DNA of 64,000 nucleotides from Candidatus Hermodarchaeota archaeon (GCA_048885865.1 JBHLLF010000018.1:1-64000), one strand, 5' to 3'. Shown: positions 38,327 to 49,239, numbered from the stretch's first letter. Numbers and translations: made by a program. The notes: generated from the letters alone by a model not told the origin.

Positions 38327-38803
38327 GTGAATGAAATGAGTGAAGATGAACTAAGACAGTTATGCAAAAGGCTGTTAAATGAGGCATGGCCAGCATATTT
38401 GACAACCATTGACAGAAATGGCTTTCCGCAGACAAGAGCCATGTTTAATCTTAGAAATAGGGAGAAGTTCCCCAAACTGGAATCACTATTCTCGAATCAT
38501 GACGACGAATTCTACGTGATCTTTTCGACAAACACGTCTTCGACGAAGATAGAAGATATCAAGGCCAATCCAAACGCAGCAGTTTACTACTGCCTTCCTG
38601 ACGAGTCGCGCGGTGCTATGATGGGCGGAACACTTGAGATAGTCGAGAATCTGGATACGAAACAGGCAATATGGCATGACGGCTGGGAGAGATACTATCC
38701 AGCTGGATACGACGACCCGGATCATACGGTCCTGCGTTTTCATGGGAGGATGGCAAAAGGGTGGAACCAGAGCAGGACTTTCCAGATTGAGATTGGTGAT
38801 TGA
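38327..38803 (+). CDS. Pyridoxamine 5'-phosphate oxidase-like (general stress protein 26) family
   Basis: YLTTIDRNGFPQTRAM, STNTSSTK, YYPAGYDDPDH. Confidence 0.85.
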   Translation: MNEMSEDELRQLCKRLLNEAWPAYLTTIDRNGFPQTRAMFNLRNREKFPKLESLFSNHDDEFYVIFSTNTSSTKIEDIKANPNAAVYYCLPDESRGAMMGGTLEIVENLDTKQAIWHDGWERYYPAGYDDPDHTVLRFHGRMAKGWNQSRTFQIEIGD

Positions 38804-39243
38804 TCTTGAGTATTCGCGAGGGAGGATTCCTAATCACTAAGGTACATCACCTCTCAGGGAGAATCTTTTCCAAGAAACTCAATGACTATGGTATTGAGGT
38901 TAGTCCAGGCCAAGGTAGAATCCTATTTGCGCTTTGGCAAGAAGATTGCATCTCCATTACTGAGTTGAAAAAAAGAACACAGCTTGGCAAGTCGACTCTG
39001 ACAGATATGCTTGATCGAATGGACACGGAAGGACTTGTTGAGAGAAAGGCTTCTGAAAGAGACAAGCGCAGGACCTTGGTTTCTCTGACCGAGAAGACTA
39101 AGAAACTTCATCAGAAATATCTAGCAGTTTCAAGGGAAATGACGGATTTGTTCTATCGTGGATTCTCTAAGGATGAAGTAGAAGAATTCGAGGAATATCT
39201 TCGTAGACTGCTCGACAACTTGGTAGAGTTTCAGAAGATGTGA
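38800..39243 (+). CDS. MarR family regulator
   Basis: QGRILFAL, KSTLTDMLDRM..GLVER..DKRR. Confidence 0.92.
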   Translation: MILSIREGGFLITKVHHLSGRIFSKKLNDYGIEVSPGQGRILFALWQEDCISITELKKRTQLGKSTLTDMLDRMDTEGLVERKASERDKRRTLVSLTEKTKKLHQKYLAVSREMTDLFYRGFSKDEVEEFEEYLRRLLDNLVEFQKM

Positions 39244-39263
39244 TGATGAACCATTGCGTCTAG

Positions 39264-39638
39264 TCAGTCCTCATCGAACTGTAATAGCTCAATTAGATTT
39301 CCGGCAGGATCTCGAACGGCCATGAAGACTCCTGCTGGGAACTTCTGAGGTGAGTCGTGTACGACATCAGCGCCGAGTCCCCTAAGCCTCTTGGCGACCT
39401 CTTCCACATCTTTCACTTCGATGCCAAGTGCCACTTGAGATGTACCAGGATATTGCACATTAGCGGGGTTTTCTGTCGTTTCAAGAATCAACGATGGCCC
39501 TTCATTCTCCAGATGGATTAGACAATCATCATACTTATGCCTTACTTTGAAACCGAGCTTGTCGCAGTAGAAGTCCAGGGCTTTGTCCATGTCATCAACA
39601 TAAACTCCTATCACGCATATACTTGTCAAATAGAACAC
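39264..39638 (-). CDS. VOC/glyoxalase family protein
   Basis: VDDMDKALDFYCDKLGF, RDPAGNLIEL. Confidence 0.9.
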   Translation of the reverse strand: MFYLTSICVIGVYVDDMDKALDFYCDKLGFKVRHKYDDCLIHLENEGPSLILETTENPANVQYPGTSQVALGIEVKDVEEVAKRLRGLGADVVHDSPQKFPAGVFMAVRDPAGNLIELLQFDED

Positions 39639-39702
39639 CTAGTGCTATGGAAGACGAATCAGAGATAAGCTTTGCATTCCAAGCACAATGAGATTACTAA
39701 TC

Positions 39703-40485
39703 TCAGGACCTATTTACACACCTCTTGGCAATTAGACAGGCTACTGCACCTGCACCGAGGCCATTCCCTATATTGACGACAGCCAGACCAGGGGCGCAGG
39801 ACTGAAGCATTGATGCTAACGCGGTTTCGCCCTTGCCTCCATGCCCATAGCCTGTCGGGACAGGCACACCAATGACCGGGATATCAACAAGAGATGCGAT
39901 GACAGTTGGCAAGGCGCCTTCCATACCCGCAAAGACGATTAGTGCATCGACCCCCTCCTCGATTATCGTCCCTATTGGTTCTATAAGACGATGAATTCCA
40001 GCCACACCGATATCATGGAACGTCAAGACCTCTACTCCCATTATCCGGGCTAAAGCCTCGGCTTCACGTGAGTACGCAATGTCTGAGGTCCCTGCAGTAA
40101 TGATAGCAATCTTGCCACTCTTCGGCGGATCCGACCAGTCATTATTGTGGATTAGAACAGTTAGATGATCTTCATGCCCAGACACATCGAAGACCAGTTT
40201 CTCATGAGCCTTCTTGAGTCCATCAAGTTTGCTTCGGTTGACTCTGGTGAGAAGTACTGCCCCAATCTTATCAATCACAACCTCGACAATACTGATGAGA
40301 TTCTCCAAGGGCTTTGCTTCTGCGAAGATAACCTCTGGGACACCACATCTCTCCTGCCGGCTGACATCAATCATTCCAATGTTGCCAACTTGAGTAAGAG
40401 CCAAAGCACGAAGTTCCCTCTCTGCTTCATCTATACTGATTTTCCCTGAAGAGAGTGCCTCAAGAATATCCCGTGTGCTCGTCAT
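39703..40485 (-). CDS. larB: Nickel-pincer cofactor carboxylase/hydrolase LarB
   Basis: PEVIFAEAK, AGTSDI, DIGVAGIHRL, AGMEGALP, VPTGYG, VVNIGNG. Confidence 0.92.
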   Translation of the reverse strand: MTSTRDILEALSSGKISIDEAERELRALALTQVGNIGMIDVSRQERCGVPEVIFAEAKPLENLISIVEVVIDKIGAVLLTRVNRSKLDGLKKAHEKLVFDVSGHEDHLTVLIHNNDWSDPPKSGKIAIITAGTSDIAYSREAEALARIMGVEVLTFHDIGVAGIHRLIEPIGTIIEEGVDALIVFAGMEGALPTVIASLVDIPVIGVPVPTGYGHGGKGETALASMLQSCAPGLAVVNIGNGLGAGAVACLIAKRCVNRS

Positions 40486-40555
40486 CGTATTCCTCCTGTT
40501 GCTCGGTGTATATCGTTTTGTGCCTTTCTCAATGTCTGTTTAGCAAGGAATAATC

Positions 40556-41518
40556 CTATTGCTCAGGCTCATGTTCCGAAATGACTAGACGGGATTTCCA
40601 TCTCTTGAGTGCCGAGGTGGTTTCATCTCGTACTCTATTGAGCACCTCAGCAGTCTTCTCGTTTTCAATGGAAATCAGTTCGGACTCACTTCGTTCTAAC
40701 AGCTCGTCTAGGTGCTTCAAAGGATGTTTTGCTCGGTCCCCCCAGTCCCAAATGCAACACCAGCGACGTGCTAATTCTGGCCCATATGCCTCCACAGCTT
40801 TGTCTTTCATCTTAGGAGTGGCTATTGTCCCGGGATGAAGCCAGGGCATATCAGTTCCATTTGCCTCCACACCAAAGATTGCATTGGAATAGAACGTGTA
40901 TATGGGAGAATCAATCCTGTCTGAGATCTCTTTCAGGCGTATTGCACCCTGGAGTCCACCAGCAATGGAGTAGACCAGAATTGCACGTACATCTGACGCC
41001 TGACTCAGCGTAGTTTCGATTATGCTCTCAACAGTTCCGCCTGTTGCGATTGTATCACCAATAAGAATCACAGGACTGGGTGAGAGTGCCTCGAAGTTCT
41101 CGTATGACAGGTCAGTCTTCCACCCAGTTGGAGTGAGATGACGTCTTGCACCTATGAAACAACGACTAATGGTTTCTCCAAACACGCAAGCAAAGGCTTC
41201 AGCCAGGCTATAGTAGATGGCGCCAGCAAGAGGCACAACCTCTGTGACTGAACTCAACGATGCTTCTTGAAACTCTGGAATCAGGTCAAAGGCAGCGCGG
41301 ATGAAATCTACACTACTATCTCTTGCGAAGTTGGCTAGCCGGGCACCTACCATCCATGGTTCAAGCAGAATCTGTAGTGCACTGGGAGACTCGATTATGT
41401 AGGTAGAAGGAAGAAGGTATTCACTTTCAACGCGTAGCACTCTAGATGATGTAGCTGCTTTGGAGGGAATTTCTTTGATTGTTGCACTTCTTCTTACTGT
41501 TTCTTGATCTATGGCCAA
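40556..41518 (-). CDS. Phosphoribosyltransferase-like protein
   Basis: ILIGDTIATGGT PRPP-loop variant; DWGDR. Confidence 0.7.
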   Translation of the reverse strand: MAIDQETVRRSATIKEIPSKAATSSRVLRVESEYLLPSTYIIESPSALQILLEPWMVGARLANFARDSSVDFIRAAFDLIPEFQEASLSSVTEVVPLAGAIYYSLAEAFACVFGETISRCFIGARRHLTPTGWKTDLSYENFEALSPSPVILIGDTIATGGTVESIIETTLSQASDVRAILVYSIAGGLQGAIRLKEISDRIDSPIYTFYSNAIFGVEANGTDMPWLHPGTIATPKMKDKAVEAYGPELARRWCCIWDWGDRAKHPLKHLDELLERSESELISIENEKTAEVLNRVRDETTSALKRWKSRLVISEHEPEQ

Positions 41519-41580
41519 GTATCTCCCTCAGCGTGTGTGGTATTACACAAAGATGCTAGTAAATCCTCGCCATAGGCCTA

Positions 41581-43536
41581 TCACTTGGCTCGACGTATCT
41601 CTTCGACTGCTTCAGGATTTACCAATGAAGCAGTATCACCCGGGTCCTCTCCCAGGTATGCAGCACGTATCATGCGTCGCATTACCTTTGCATTTCGAGT
41701 CTTTGGCAGATCACTGACAAATAGGACGGCTTTAGGAGTAAGTGGCTTGCCCATAGCTTTAGCAACCATCTGCTTCAGCTCCTCGCGTAATGCATCGGAA
41801 GGATCTTTGTCTGGCATCAAAACGCAGAAGACAACAAGCTCGTTCAATTTGATTTTGTGAGGGACTCCAATTGCTGCAGCCTCTGTAACTGCAGAATGAC
41901 TTACAATGATTGATTCAGCCTCGGCTGGTCCGAAGCGCTTTCCTGCTATCTTGATTATGTCGTCCGACCTACCCAGAATATACCATAAGCCATCTGCATC
42001 AATGGCGGCAAAGTCACCATGCACCCATACTTCAGGCCAGCGTGACCAATATGTGTCTTCATACCGCTGTGGGTCCTTCCAGAAACCACGTGTCATACCA
42101 ATCCAAGGCGTCTTTATGACAAGCTCTCCTACTTGATTCCTGACCGGCTGACCGTTCTCATCAAATACATCAGCAGCAATCCCTGGACAGGGCCCTGAGA
42201 ACGCACATGCCTTAAGGGGAAGCAACGGATTTCCCATGACAATTCCTCCAGATACTTCTGTTCCTCCGGAATAGTTTATGATTGGCACACGCGCTCCCCC
42301 GACCTTTTCGAATAGCCACATCCAAGGATCAGGGTTCCAGGGTTCTCCAGTAGAACCAAATATCCGAAGTGACGATAGATCGTGATTCTCAATAGGGCCC
42401 TCTCCACGGGTCATGAGAAGTCTGATGAGTGTAGGCGAAACACCAAGCACAGAGATTTTGTGCCGTGCGACCATTTCCCAAAGACGACCTGGACCAGGGT
42501 AGTCAGGTGCCCCATCAAATAGGAAGAATGTCGATCCAAGAATCAACGACCCGAAGACAAGCCAAGGTCCCATCATCCAGCCCATATCTGTCATCCAATA
42601 GATAGTTTCGCCAGGGTGAAGATCAGTACCGAATGCCATGTCTTGAGCGGCCTTCACTGGAAATCCGCAGTGAGTATGCACTGCTCCTTTTGCCAGACCG
42701 GTTGTCCCTGATGTGTAGATAATCATCAAAGGATCTTCGGCGTTTGTGAGTTCGGTTGAGCAGGATTCCGACTGTATTGATATTATGTCAGCCCACCAGT
42801 GGTCACGTCCATTTTCCATGCTAATGGGATGGTTTGTCCTATTTAGTACAATCATGTGCTCCAGAGTAGGAATTCGTTCTGCAGCCTTGTCCGCGACTGG
42901 TTTCATAGGGATGATTCTACCTCTTCGAAACGCACCATCGACTGTGAATAGCGCTTTTGCATCAGCATCTGCCAATCTGTCCACGATTGCACTCTCGCCA
43001 AACCCAGAGAACAAAGGAAGGATTATTCCACCAATCTTTACAATCGCTAGCAGTGCGACTGCAATCTCAGGGACCATTGGCATGAATATACCAATTGCAT
43101 CACCCTTTCCTAGCCCAAGAGACCTCAATGCGTTTGCTGCCTTATTGACCTCAAGATGAAGAGCTCCATAACTCATCGAGCGTGTTGCGCCATCTTCACC
43201 CTCCCACATCAATGCATCTTGGGATTCAGTAGGCGTTCCAATGTACTTGTCAAGACAGTTGTAAGCGATGTTCATCTTGCCACCAATGCACCACTTTGGC
43301 CACGCAATCCCTCTGGAAAGGTCTACAACATTCTCATATTGCTTGTCAAACTCAATATCAAGGTACTTCAAGACGGCATCTGTAAACCATGGGACATCCT
43401 CTGTTGAGCGGCTCATTAATTGATCAAAACTGGAAATCCCATGGAGCTGCATGAACTCAGTCAATCGTGCCTTTTCTATATATTCACGTGTGGGGCGCCA
43501 GACAATCTCGCCGCCGAACTCAAAGGTCTTGTCCAT
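41581..43536 (-). CDS. Acetate/acyl-CoA ligase (AMP-forming)
   Basis: YTSGTTG, STGEPWN, GRSDD, LPKTRNAKVMRR. Confidence 0.92.
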   Translation of the reverse strand: MDKTFEFGGEIVWRPTREYIEKARLTEFMQLHGISSFDQLMSRSTEDVPWFTDAVLKYLDIEFDKQYENVVDLSRGIAWPKWCIGGKMNIAYNCLDKYIGTPTESQDALMWEGEDGATRSMSYGALHLEVNKAANALRSLGLGKGDAIGIFMPMVPEIAVALLAIVKIGGIILPLFSGFGESAIVDRLADADAKALFTVDGAFRRGRIIPMKPVADKAAERIPTLEHMIVLNRTNHPISMENGRDHWWADIISIQSESCSTELTNAEDPLMIIYTSGTTGLAKGAVHTHCGFPVKAAQDMAFGTDLHPGETIYWMTDMGWMMGPWLVFGSLILGSTFFLFDGAPDYPGPGRLWEMVARHKISVLGVSPTLIRLLMTRGEGPIENHDLSSLRIFGSTGEPWNPDPWMWLFEKVGGARVPIINYSGGTEVSGGIVMGNPLLPLKACAFSGPCPGIAADVFDENGQPVRNQVGELVIKTPWIGMTRGFWKDPQRYEDTYWSRWPEVWVHGDFAAIDADGLWYILGRSDDIIKIAGKRFGPAEAESIIVSHSAVTEAAAIGVPHKIKLNELVVFCVLMPDKDPSDALREELKQMVAKAMGKPLTPKAVLFVSDLPKTRNAKVMRRMIRAAYLGEDPGDTASLVNPEAVEEIRRAK

Positions 43537-43618
43537 AGGTACTCAACATCCTCCGAAGAAATCTAATGATGTGCATCCGCCTAATATACAGTAGGATGCC
43601 TTTGCATATCCATGTTAG

Positions 43619-44665
43619 CTATCTCAAAAAGTGTGCCAGAATAACCTGATAGATTTCGAGAGCCTCTTGCTCTGTTTTTACTCCCTTGATGATTGCGTTT
43701 GCCTGTGGCATGAGAGTCACCTCTACATCAGATTTTGCACGAATCTTGAGCCATCTTTTTGCCTGCTTGATTTCATATGAGCTTCCCAGTCGTTCTGCCA
43801 TTGAGTCCAAATCCAACTCGATGGGCGATCCAGGAGTCAGATTGAAAGTGCCTGAACACAAAGTGGTCACTCTTGGCAATTCAGACGGGGCGTAAGATTG
43901 TTGAGTCGGTCCCAATGAACAGACTGGACAGTCTTCATCTCGACCAATATCAAAGAAGTCAAAGCTCAATGATGCAATGTCGATGAACATGAGTCGATTC
44001 GCCAGACGAGGCTCTCTTCCTGTGGCAAGAAGGACTGCTTCTCTCACTTGTATAGATGCCACAATGGAAAGAAGCTCTGGTGTCACTCCTACATTTGCGC
44101 AGGTATAGTCAGGATTGTCCTGCGCATCCCCCGAAAGGCAGTGGAGACAACCAGTCTTGTCAGGAATGAAGGTGCTCAAATTACTGTGAAACTCGATTGC
44201 TCCGGCGAACACATAGGGAATCTTCAGAGCCACACTGACACGATTGACAGCAAATCTGGTCTTGAAGGAATCAAGGCCATCAACTATGATGTCAGACCCC
44301 TTGAGGAGAGTTCTTGCATTGTCCTCGGTCAGAGAGGCGCTTATGGGGTCGAAATCGACATTTGGGTTAAGTAACGCAAGATTTGCAGCAGCAGCTTCAG
44401 CCTTAGGCATGCCAATGTCCACTGTGTTGTATACTGTTTGCCGTTGAATGTTAGATAACTCAACGATATCTCGATCGATAATTCGTATCTTACCAAATCC
44501 AATGGCTGTCAATAGTCGGAGAGCCGGGCTTCCCAAGCCACCTGCACCTACCACAGAAACGGTCGATGCAGCTATTGACTCCATATCACTCTCTGAGAAA
44601 TCTTGGAGGGCAAGCATCCTTGAGTACCGTTCTTTCTGTTTTGGAGTGAGTTTCATGGCCTTCAA
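43619..44665 (-). CDS. ThiF/MoeB/E1-like adenylyltransferase with a C-terminal extra domain
   Basis: RYSR, GAGGLGS, DRDIVELSNIQRQ, CLHC, TCANVG, CPVC. Confidence 0.9.
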   Translation of the reverse strand: MKAMKLTPKQKERYSRMLALQDFSESDMESIAASTVSVVGAGGLGSPALRLLTAIGFGKIRIIDRDIVELSNIQRQTVYNTVDIGMPKAEAAAANLALLNPNVDFDPISASLTEDNARTLLKGSDIIVDGLDSFKTRFAVNRVSVALKIPYVFAGAIEFHSNLSTFIPDKTGCLHCLSGDAQDNPDYTCANVGVTPELLSIVASIQVREAVLLATGREPRLANRLMFIDIASLSFDFFDIGRDEDCPVCSLGPTQQSYAPSELPRVTTLCSGTFNLTPGSPIELDLDSMAERLGSSYEIKQAKRWLKIRAKSDVEVTLMPQANAIIKGVKTEQEALEIYQVILAHFLR

Positions 44666-44796
44666 TAGAGTGGTGCAAGCCCAACTTAATCTATCGATAG
44701 GAGAATGGATGTGTTCGAAATCATGTACGGAAAATGTGTCTAGTGTGCAATGCGTAGGTGTTACAATCTATCATGAATATCCAGATGTTTATGTAG

Positions 44797-45288
44797 GTGA
44801 TTCACAGCGAAGGCAGTATGAACCTTATTGAGAAAATGGCACAACATCTCATCTGGGCTGACAAGACAATATGGGATATCGTGCAGCGACTGAATGATGA
44901 GGAATTCGATAGATCTCTTGGAGAGGGCGGGGGCAGCATCAGAAAGCGGTACGTCCATCTTGCACAAGACACATGGGAATGGTATCACGATTGGATTGAC
45001 AAGGACCCAGATGATGAGCCGGACTTTGATAGGATGAGCAGAGAGGCTCTGTTCAAGTTCCTAACGGACTACATCGATAAATTCCTCAGTATGATTGATG
45101 ACACTGTTGTGGACAGGATCACATTTGAGAGTGAGGGAAGGGACATCACAATCAGATTTGATGAGATTCTATTCCATCTCGTCAATCATGCAGCCTATCA
45201 TCGAGGTCAAATCGTCATGGCGCTTCGACTTCTTGGCAGAAAAGTGCAGATGACCGACTATGTTCCATACAGACGCGCAATTGCATAG
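44797..45288 (+). CDS. DinB family protein
   Basis: SIRKRYVHL...HLVNHAAYHRGQI. Confidence 0.9.
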   Translation: MIHSEGSMNLIEKMAQHLIWADKTIWDIVQRLNDEEFDRSLGEGGGSIRKRYVHLAQDTWEWYHDWIDKDPDDEPDFDRMSREALFKFLTDYIDKFLSMIDDTVVDRITFESEGRDITIRFDEILFHLVNHAAYHRGQIVMALRLLGRKVQMTDYVPYRRAIA

Positions 45289-45440
45289 AATCTACCCAAA
45301 TTGCCAAGAAGATAGCTCGCTGGTCCCATCCTAAGAATGAGAGTTCCGGTTCGCTTGATTCTATGCAGCTCGTCCACCGTGAACTCAGTCGTGATGTAGT
45401 CCACTGCCTCCCATTTGATCACGGTTTCATCACTCAGATC

Positions 45441-46937
45441 TTACTTCTTCAGAACCACAATGCTCTCTCTCAGTTTGAAAGACCTTCTCTGCCCAGAACG
45501 CCGGGACCTCGCCACCTCCACAGATTCAATCATGAAGCCAATATCAGCTCCCATCCTTGCCAAGATGAGATCCGCAGGAATATACACACCTGCAATGAGT
45601 GAATCACCGATGACTATGATGAGTGGTGCTCCCTTCCTGAGACCCCGGAATACATTCCTCAAGACATGATACACATCATCAAAATACTTCCGCACAACAT
45701 TGTGCATGTCTTTTCGCCTATAGCCCTCCTTTGAATTGATTCTATAGGCAACTCTCTCAGCAATCTCCTCAATCCAGGCATCTTCATAGGTATCAGACCT
45801 CTCAGAAAACCCTCTGATGACCGATCGCGAAACATTGTCACATGCCACCATTTCGTCCTTCAATCGACTAAGATCCTCATAGCTACCCACCATGTCAAGC
45901 CATGCCATCTCTATTTTGTAGTTAATGATGTAATCCAATCCATTGACATATGGAGGGCTTGTGATGGCGATGTCTATGGAACTGGGCTCATATTGGATTA
46001 GCCTTGAATCACCTGTTATTACTTCAACTTGACCTTGAGGTTGATTCTGAACATGTGTAAGGTCATCTATCATGTCGTGCACCTTCTCTCTGAATAAGTT
46101 GAAAGGTGCATCATCAATGACGGTCTTGGTCCTGTCATATCCCAAACACGGCGAACGTTTCAGGTTGCTGCAGTCAACCAATATGCTGGAAAAAGCCAAT
46201 CTGAACAGATCGCGAACCTTTGGCTGCATGACAGCCGATATAGACTGCTTGAGAATGAGTAGGTTGCTCAGAGCTCCTTCATTGAAGTGTGCCTTCCACC
46301 TCTTGAGGAAGGTTGGTGAGCTCAATCTTGGTTCCTGAGTCCAGTCAAGCCCTTCGAGTTCGCTTCGCACCATATTCACGTCCAAATCCCAGTCTGTCTT
46401 TACTCGTGTCATGAAGGACATTAATGGCGCGAGGTCGACACCAATCGCGTCTATCCCTTTCATTTTGGCGCTCACGAGAACTGTTCCACTGCCTGCGAAT
46501 GGATCGAGTACCCTCTGCCCAGGTTTCACATCATAGCGATATAGCATATGGTCTACAAAGTCAGCTGAGAATCCCTGCACATAAGGAGCCCACCTCTGAA
46601 TCTTCCTCTCCATGAAGTGGTTTGAAGAGAAGGTTATGGTAGCACCATCATAGATCGATAATTGAATGCCGTATTGGTCAACGAATCTTTCCTCATACTC
46701 TGCCGGACTAATGAACTCGGGATCATTTTCTATCTGTTCAAACTCCTTTAGAACCCATAGTCCTCGTCCCATCCGGACAACTGCACCGCGGTTTCGAAGA
46801 GCCTGAACACATCCGTCCACTGATTCGAGGTCTTCATTTATCGCTAGTGCAATCTGTTTGAGTGTCACACCTATTGTAGAAGAATTCCTCACAGTTTCGA
46901 CTACTCGGTCCTCCAACCCAGACAGGAAAAGCACCAC
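45441..46937 (-). CDS. DNA methyltransferase (alpha class, SPPY type) with N-terminal wHTH
   Basis: RWAPYVQGFS, VLDPFAGSGT, ITSPPY; N-terminal TLKQIALAI..LRNRGAVVRMGRGLW. Confidence 0.85.
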   Translation of the reverse strand: MVLFLSGLEDRVVETVRNSSTIGVTLKQIALAINEDLESVDGCVQALRNRGAVVRMGRGLWVLKEFEQIENDPEFISPAEYEERFVDQYGIQLSIYDGATITFSSNHFMERKIQRWAPYVQGFSADFVDHMLYRYDVKPGQRVLDPFAGSGTVLVSAKMKGIDAIGVDLAPLMSFMTRVKTDWDLDVNMVRSELEGLDWTQEPRLSSPTFLKRWKAHFNEGALSNLLILKQSISAVMQPKVRDLFRLAFSSILVDCSNLKRSPCLGYDRTKTVIDDAPFNLFREKVHDMIDDLTHVQNQPQGQVEVITGDSRLIQYEPSSIDIAITSPPYVNGLDYIINYKIEMAWLDMVGSYEDLSRLKDEMVACDNVSRSVIRGFSERSDTYEDAWIEEIAERVAYRINSKEGYRRKDMHNVVRKYFDDVYHVLRNVFRGLRKGAPLIIVIGDSLIAGVYIPADLILARMGADIGFMIESVEVARSRRSGQRRSFKLRESIVVLKK

Positions 46938-47021
46938 CGCTCTAGAACATATTCTTGCGGGTCTTCTGATATAATCAGGGCCTTGTTAAAGCATGTGGAT
47001 ATCAAGACTTTTCTAAATGAG

Positions 47022-47723
47022 TCATTCCATTAACTGAACCAACCATTCATGGATCGGTGTCATTTTCAATATATGTTCGAAACAGATATCCACTAGTTCT
47101 GGTTTCTTCAAGATGCTTATTGGTATCTTTGGCGAACTAGCATAAAGGCCATTGAAGCGGAGCAATTCAGCTCGAGGATGGTCTACATCATAGCCTCTAG
47201 GGACTTTCTTGTAGTGCTCACCTCCAATATTGTATCCCTTAAGGGACCTAATCTTGTCAACTGCTTTAGCTAGCCTTGCTCCGAAATCATTGTCCAGAAC
47301 AGATTTTCGATATTTCTCCAGGAGCGGTTTCGGAAACATCCACAATCCGCCATGGATTCCTCCACCAGTTTCATCCATCCCAATAAAGAAGCCAGGTCGC
47401 TCCTTCTTCTTTCCAGGCCCCTCCCAGAATCGAATTCTTAGTCTTGTGTTGTAGGGCGATTTGTCCTTGCTGAAACGTACATCACGATAGATGCGCAATA
47501 TCGATCCGCTACCATTGGTGTGAGTATCATAGACCATGTCTTCAGAGATGCTGGTGAGTCGTTCTCCAAGAGCAACCACAAAGCTCTGTGCAGGTTTCAC
47601 CAGAAGCTCTTGATAGTCGTTCTTTCGTTCATTGAACCACTCACGATAGTTGTTCTCTTTGAGTTCCGCGAGGAATCCCAGACCCTCTTTTGGAAAGCCT
47701 GTGAACGCTTGAATATCATCCAT
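47022..47723 (-). CDS. DUF2461 family protein
   Basis: FLAELKENN.REWF, RIYRDVRFSKDKSPY, KKVPRGY..DHP. Confidence 0.9.
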   Translation of the reverse strand: MDDIQAFTGFPKEGLGFLAELKENNYREWFNERKNDYQELLVKPAQSFVVALGERLTSISEDMVYDTHTNGSGSILRIYRDVRFSKDKSPYNTRLRIRFWEGPGKKKERPGFFIGMDETGGGIHGGLWMFPKPLLEKYRKSVLDNDFGARLAKAVDKIRSLKGYNIGGEHYKKVPRGYDVDHPRAELLRFNGLYASSPKIPISILKKPELVDICFEHILKMTPIHEWLVQLME

Positions 47724-47818
47724 TCTAGTAGCTCCTCATCCCAAATCATTCATTATAGTTAATCAGGCTCTTGATATAAGTGGATTTGCATCCATGATTT
47801 AATACTGAAATGAGAAGC

Positions 47819-47980
47819 CTACAGAACTAAATCGGATTTATTCACTGCGTGCTTTGTAATCTCAAGATTGCATGATTTTCGTTCTCGACACCAATCTTCA
47901 CATTTCTGTGCCCAATGCTCTTCCTTGTAGAGAAGCATGCATTCTTCGCATTGATATAATCCATTAACACGTTTGGTCAT
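47819..47980 (-). CDS. Small C2H2-like Zn-finger protein (53 aa), absent from the ORF track
   Basis: MTKRVNGLYQCEECMLLYKEEHWAQKCEDWCRERKSCNLEITKHAVNKSDLVL, manually translated. Confidence 0.75.
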   Translation of the reverse strand: MTKRVNGLYQCEECMLLYKEEHWAQKCEDWCRERKSCNLEITKHAVNKSDLVL

Positions 47981-48040
47981 TGCACGAGAAATACGAAACT
48001 GAGATGCTATTATTCTAACGATGTAATATCTGATGCATAA

Positions 48041-48802
48041 CTACAGTGACATTCCTCCATCAACTGAGAGAATTGTCCCTGTGCAAAAATCTGCTAGCGC
48101 AAGATACAAAATGCCATCAGCAATCTCTTCTGGAGCCCCCAGTCGTCCCATAGGCTGTCTTTCGATGAACTCCTTTCGAGCAATTTCAGGATCAGGCAGC
48201 TGAGATAGACGGTCAGCAAGAGATGGTGTGTCTGTGGTCCCCGGACAGATGCAGTTCACACGAATCTTATCATCTTTGTAGTCCATGGCCATTGCACGAG
48301 TCAATGAAGTAAGTGCTCCCTTAGAAGCAGTATAGACGGCACGATTACCAAGCCCCATCAGAGCTGCAACCGATGCAACATGAATGATAGTTCCTTTGCT
48401 CTCCTTTAGATGTGGATAGGCGAATTTGGAAAGAAGATATGGACCGCGGACATTGACTGCCATTGTTCTGTCCCAGTCCTCAGGACTTGTGTTATCGACT
48501 CGTCCGGGTAAGACGATTCCAGCATTATTTACTAGAATGTCCAGCCTGCCATAGGTATCAATTGCTGTTTCAACTATCTCCTTTGCAGTATCGGTGAGTG
48601 AAACATCGCCTCTAACAAAGACTGCAGATCCGCCATCTGAATGGATAGCATCAACAACGTGTTCGGCTTCTTCCAGGATGTCATTACCTACTACATCTGC
48701 ACCTTCCTTGGCGAATAATCTGGCAGTAGACTCTCCTATGCCTGCACCTACGCCCGTCACAATAGCTGTCTTCCCATCCAGTCTCATCATACGCCTCCTC
48801 AC
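48041..48802 (-). CDS. SDR family oxidoreductase
   Basis: TGVGAGIG, NNAG, YTASK, CPG. Confidence 0.93.
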   Translation of the reverse strand: MRRRMMRLDGKTAIVTGVGAGIGESTARLFAKEGADVVGNDILEEAEHVVDAIHSDGGSAVFVRGDVSLTDTAKEIVETAIDTYGRLDILVNNAGIVLPGRVDNTSPEDWDRTMAVNVRGPYLLSKFAYPHLKESKGTIIHVASVAALMGLGNRAVYTASKGALTSLTRAMAMDYKDDKIRVNCICPGTTDTPSLADRLSQLPDPEIARKEFIERQPMGRLGAPEEIADGILYLALADFCTGTILSVDGGMSL

Positions 48803-48810
48803 TCTTTTTG

Positions 48811-49239
48811 CTACTTGAGATCTCCAAGACGAAACTCACCAGTATAAGCTTGGAGAGGTGTCAGATTGATTGTTGTTTCTAATATCCCCAAATGATTGCC
48901 ATCATCGTCTCGGAGGGCATAGTATCTAATCAGAAGCTTGCGCGGAGTATCTCCATCTGGAAGGTCTATCCAGAAATCAATGTAGTCTTCCTCTCCGCTC
49001 TTTAAGCGTTCAATGACCAGCTCAACCTTATCGATACTTACAGCTGGATGACACATCCTGACATTTCTGCTAATTACTGCGGGCCCTCGCTTGAAGACCC
49101 GGATGCCATGTCTATTCCAAAACAGGACGTTGTCATCTGCATCGATTATGGTGAACTCCACAGGTAGTGTGTCTAGCACAGTTGATAGGAAGTCTATTGA
49201 CATTTCTTTCAAGGAATTTAGGAGTGGCTCAATCTTCAA
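48811..49239 (-). CDS. PAS-domain protein (PAS_10-like)
   Basis: LDTLPVEFTIID, RNVRMCHP, FWID, IRYYALRD. Confidence 0.85.
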   Translation of the reverse strand: MKIEPLLNSLKEMSIDFLSTVLDTLPVEFTIIDADDNVLFWNRHGIRVFKRGPAVISRNVRMCHPAVSIDKVELVIERLKSGEEDYIDFWIDLPDGDTPRKLLIRYYALRDDDGNHLGILETTINLTPLQAYTGEFRLGDLK

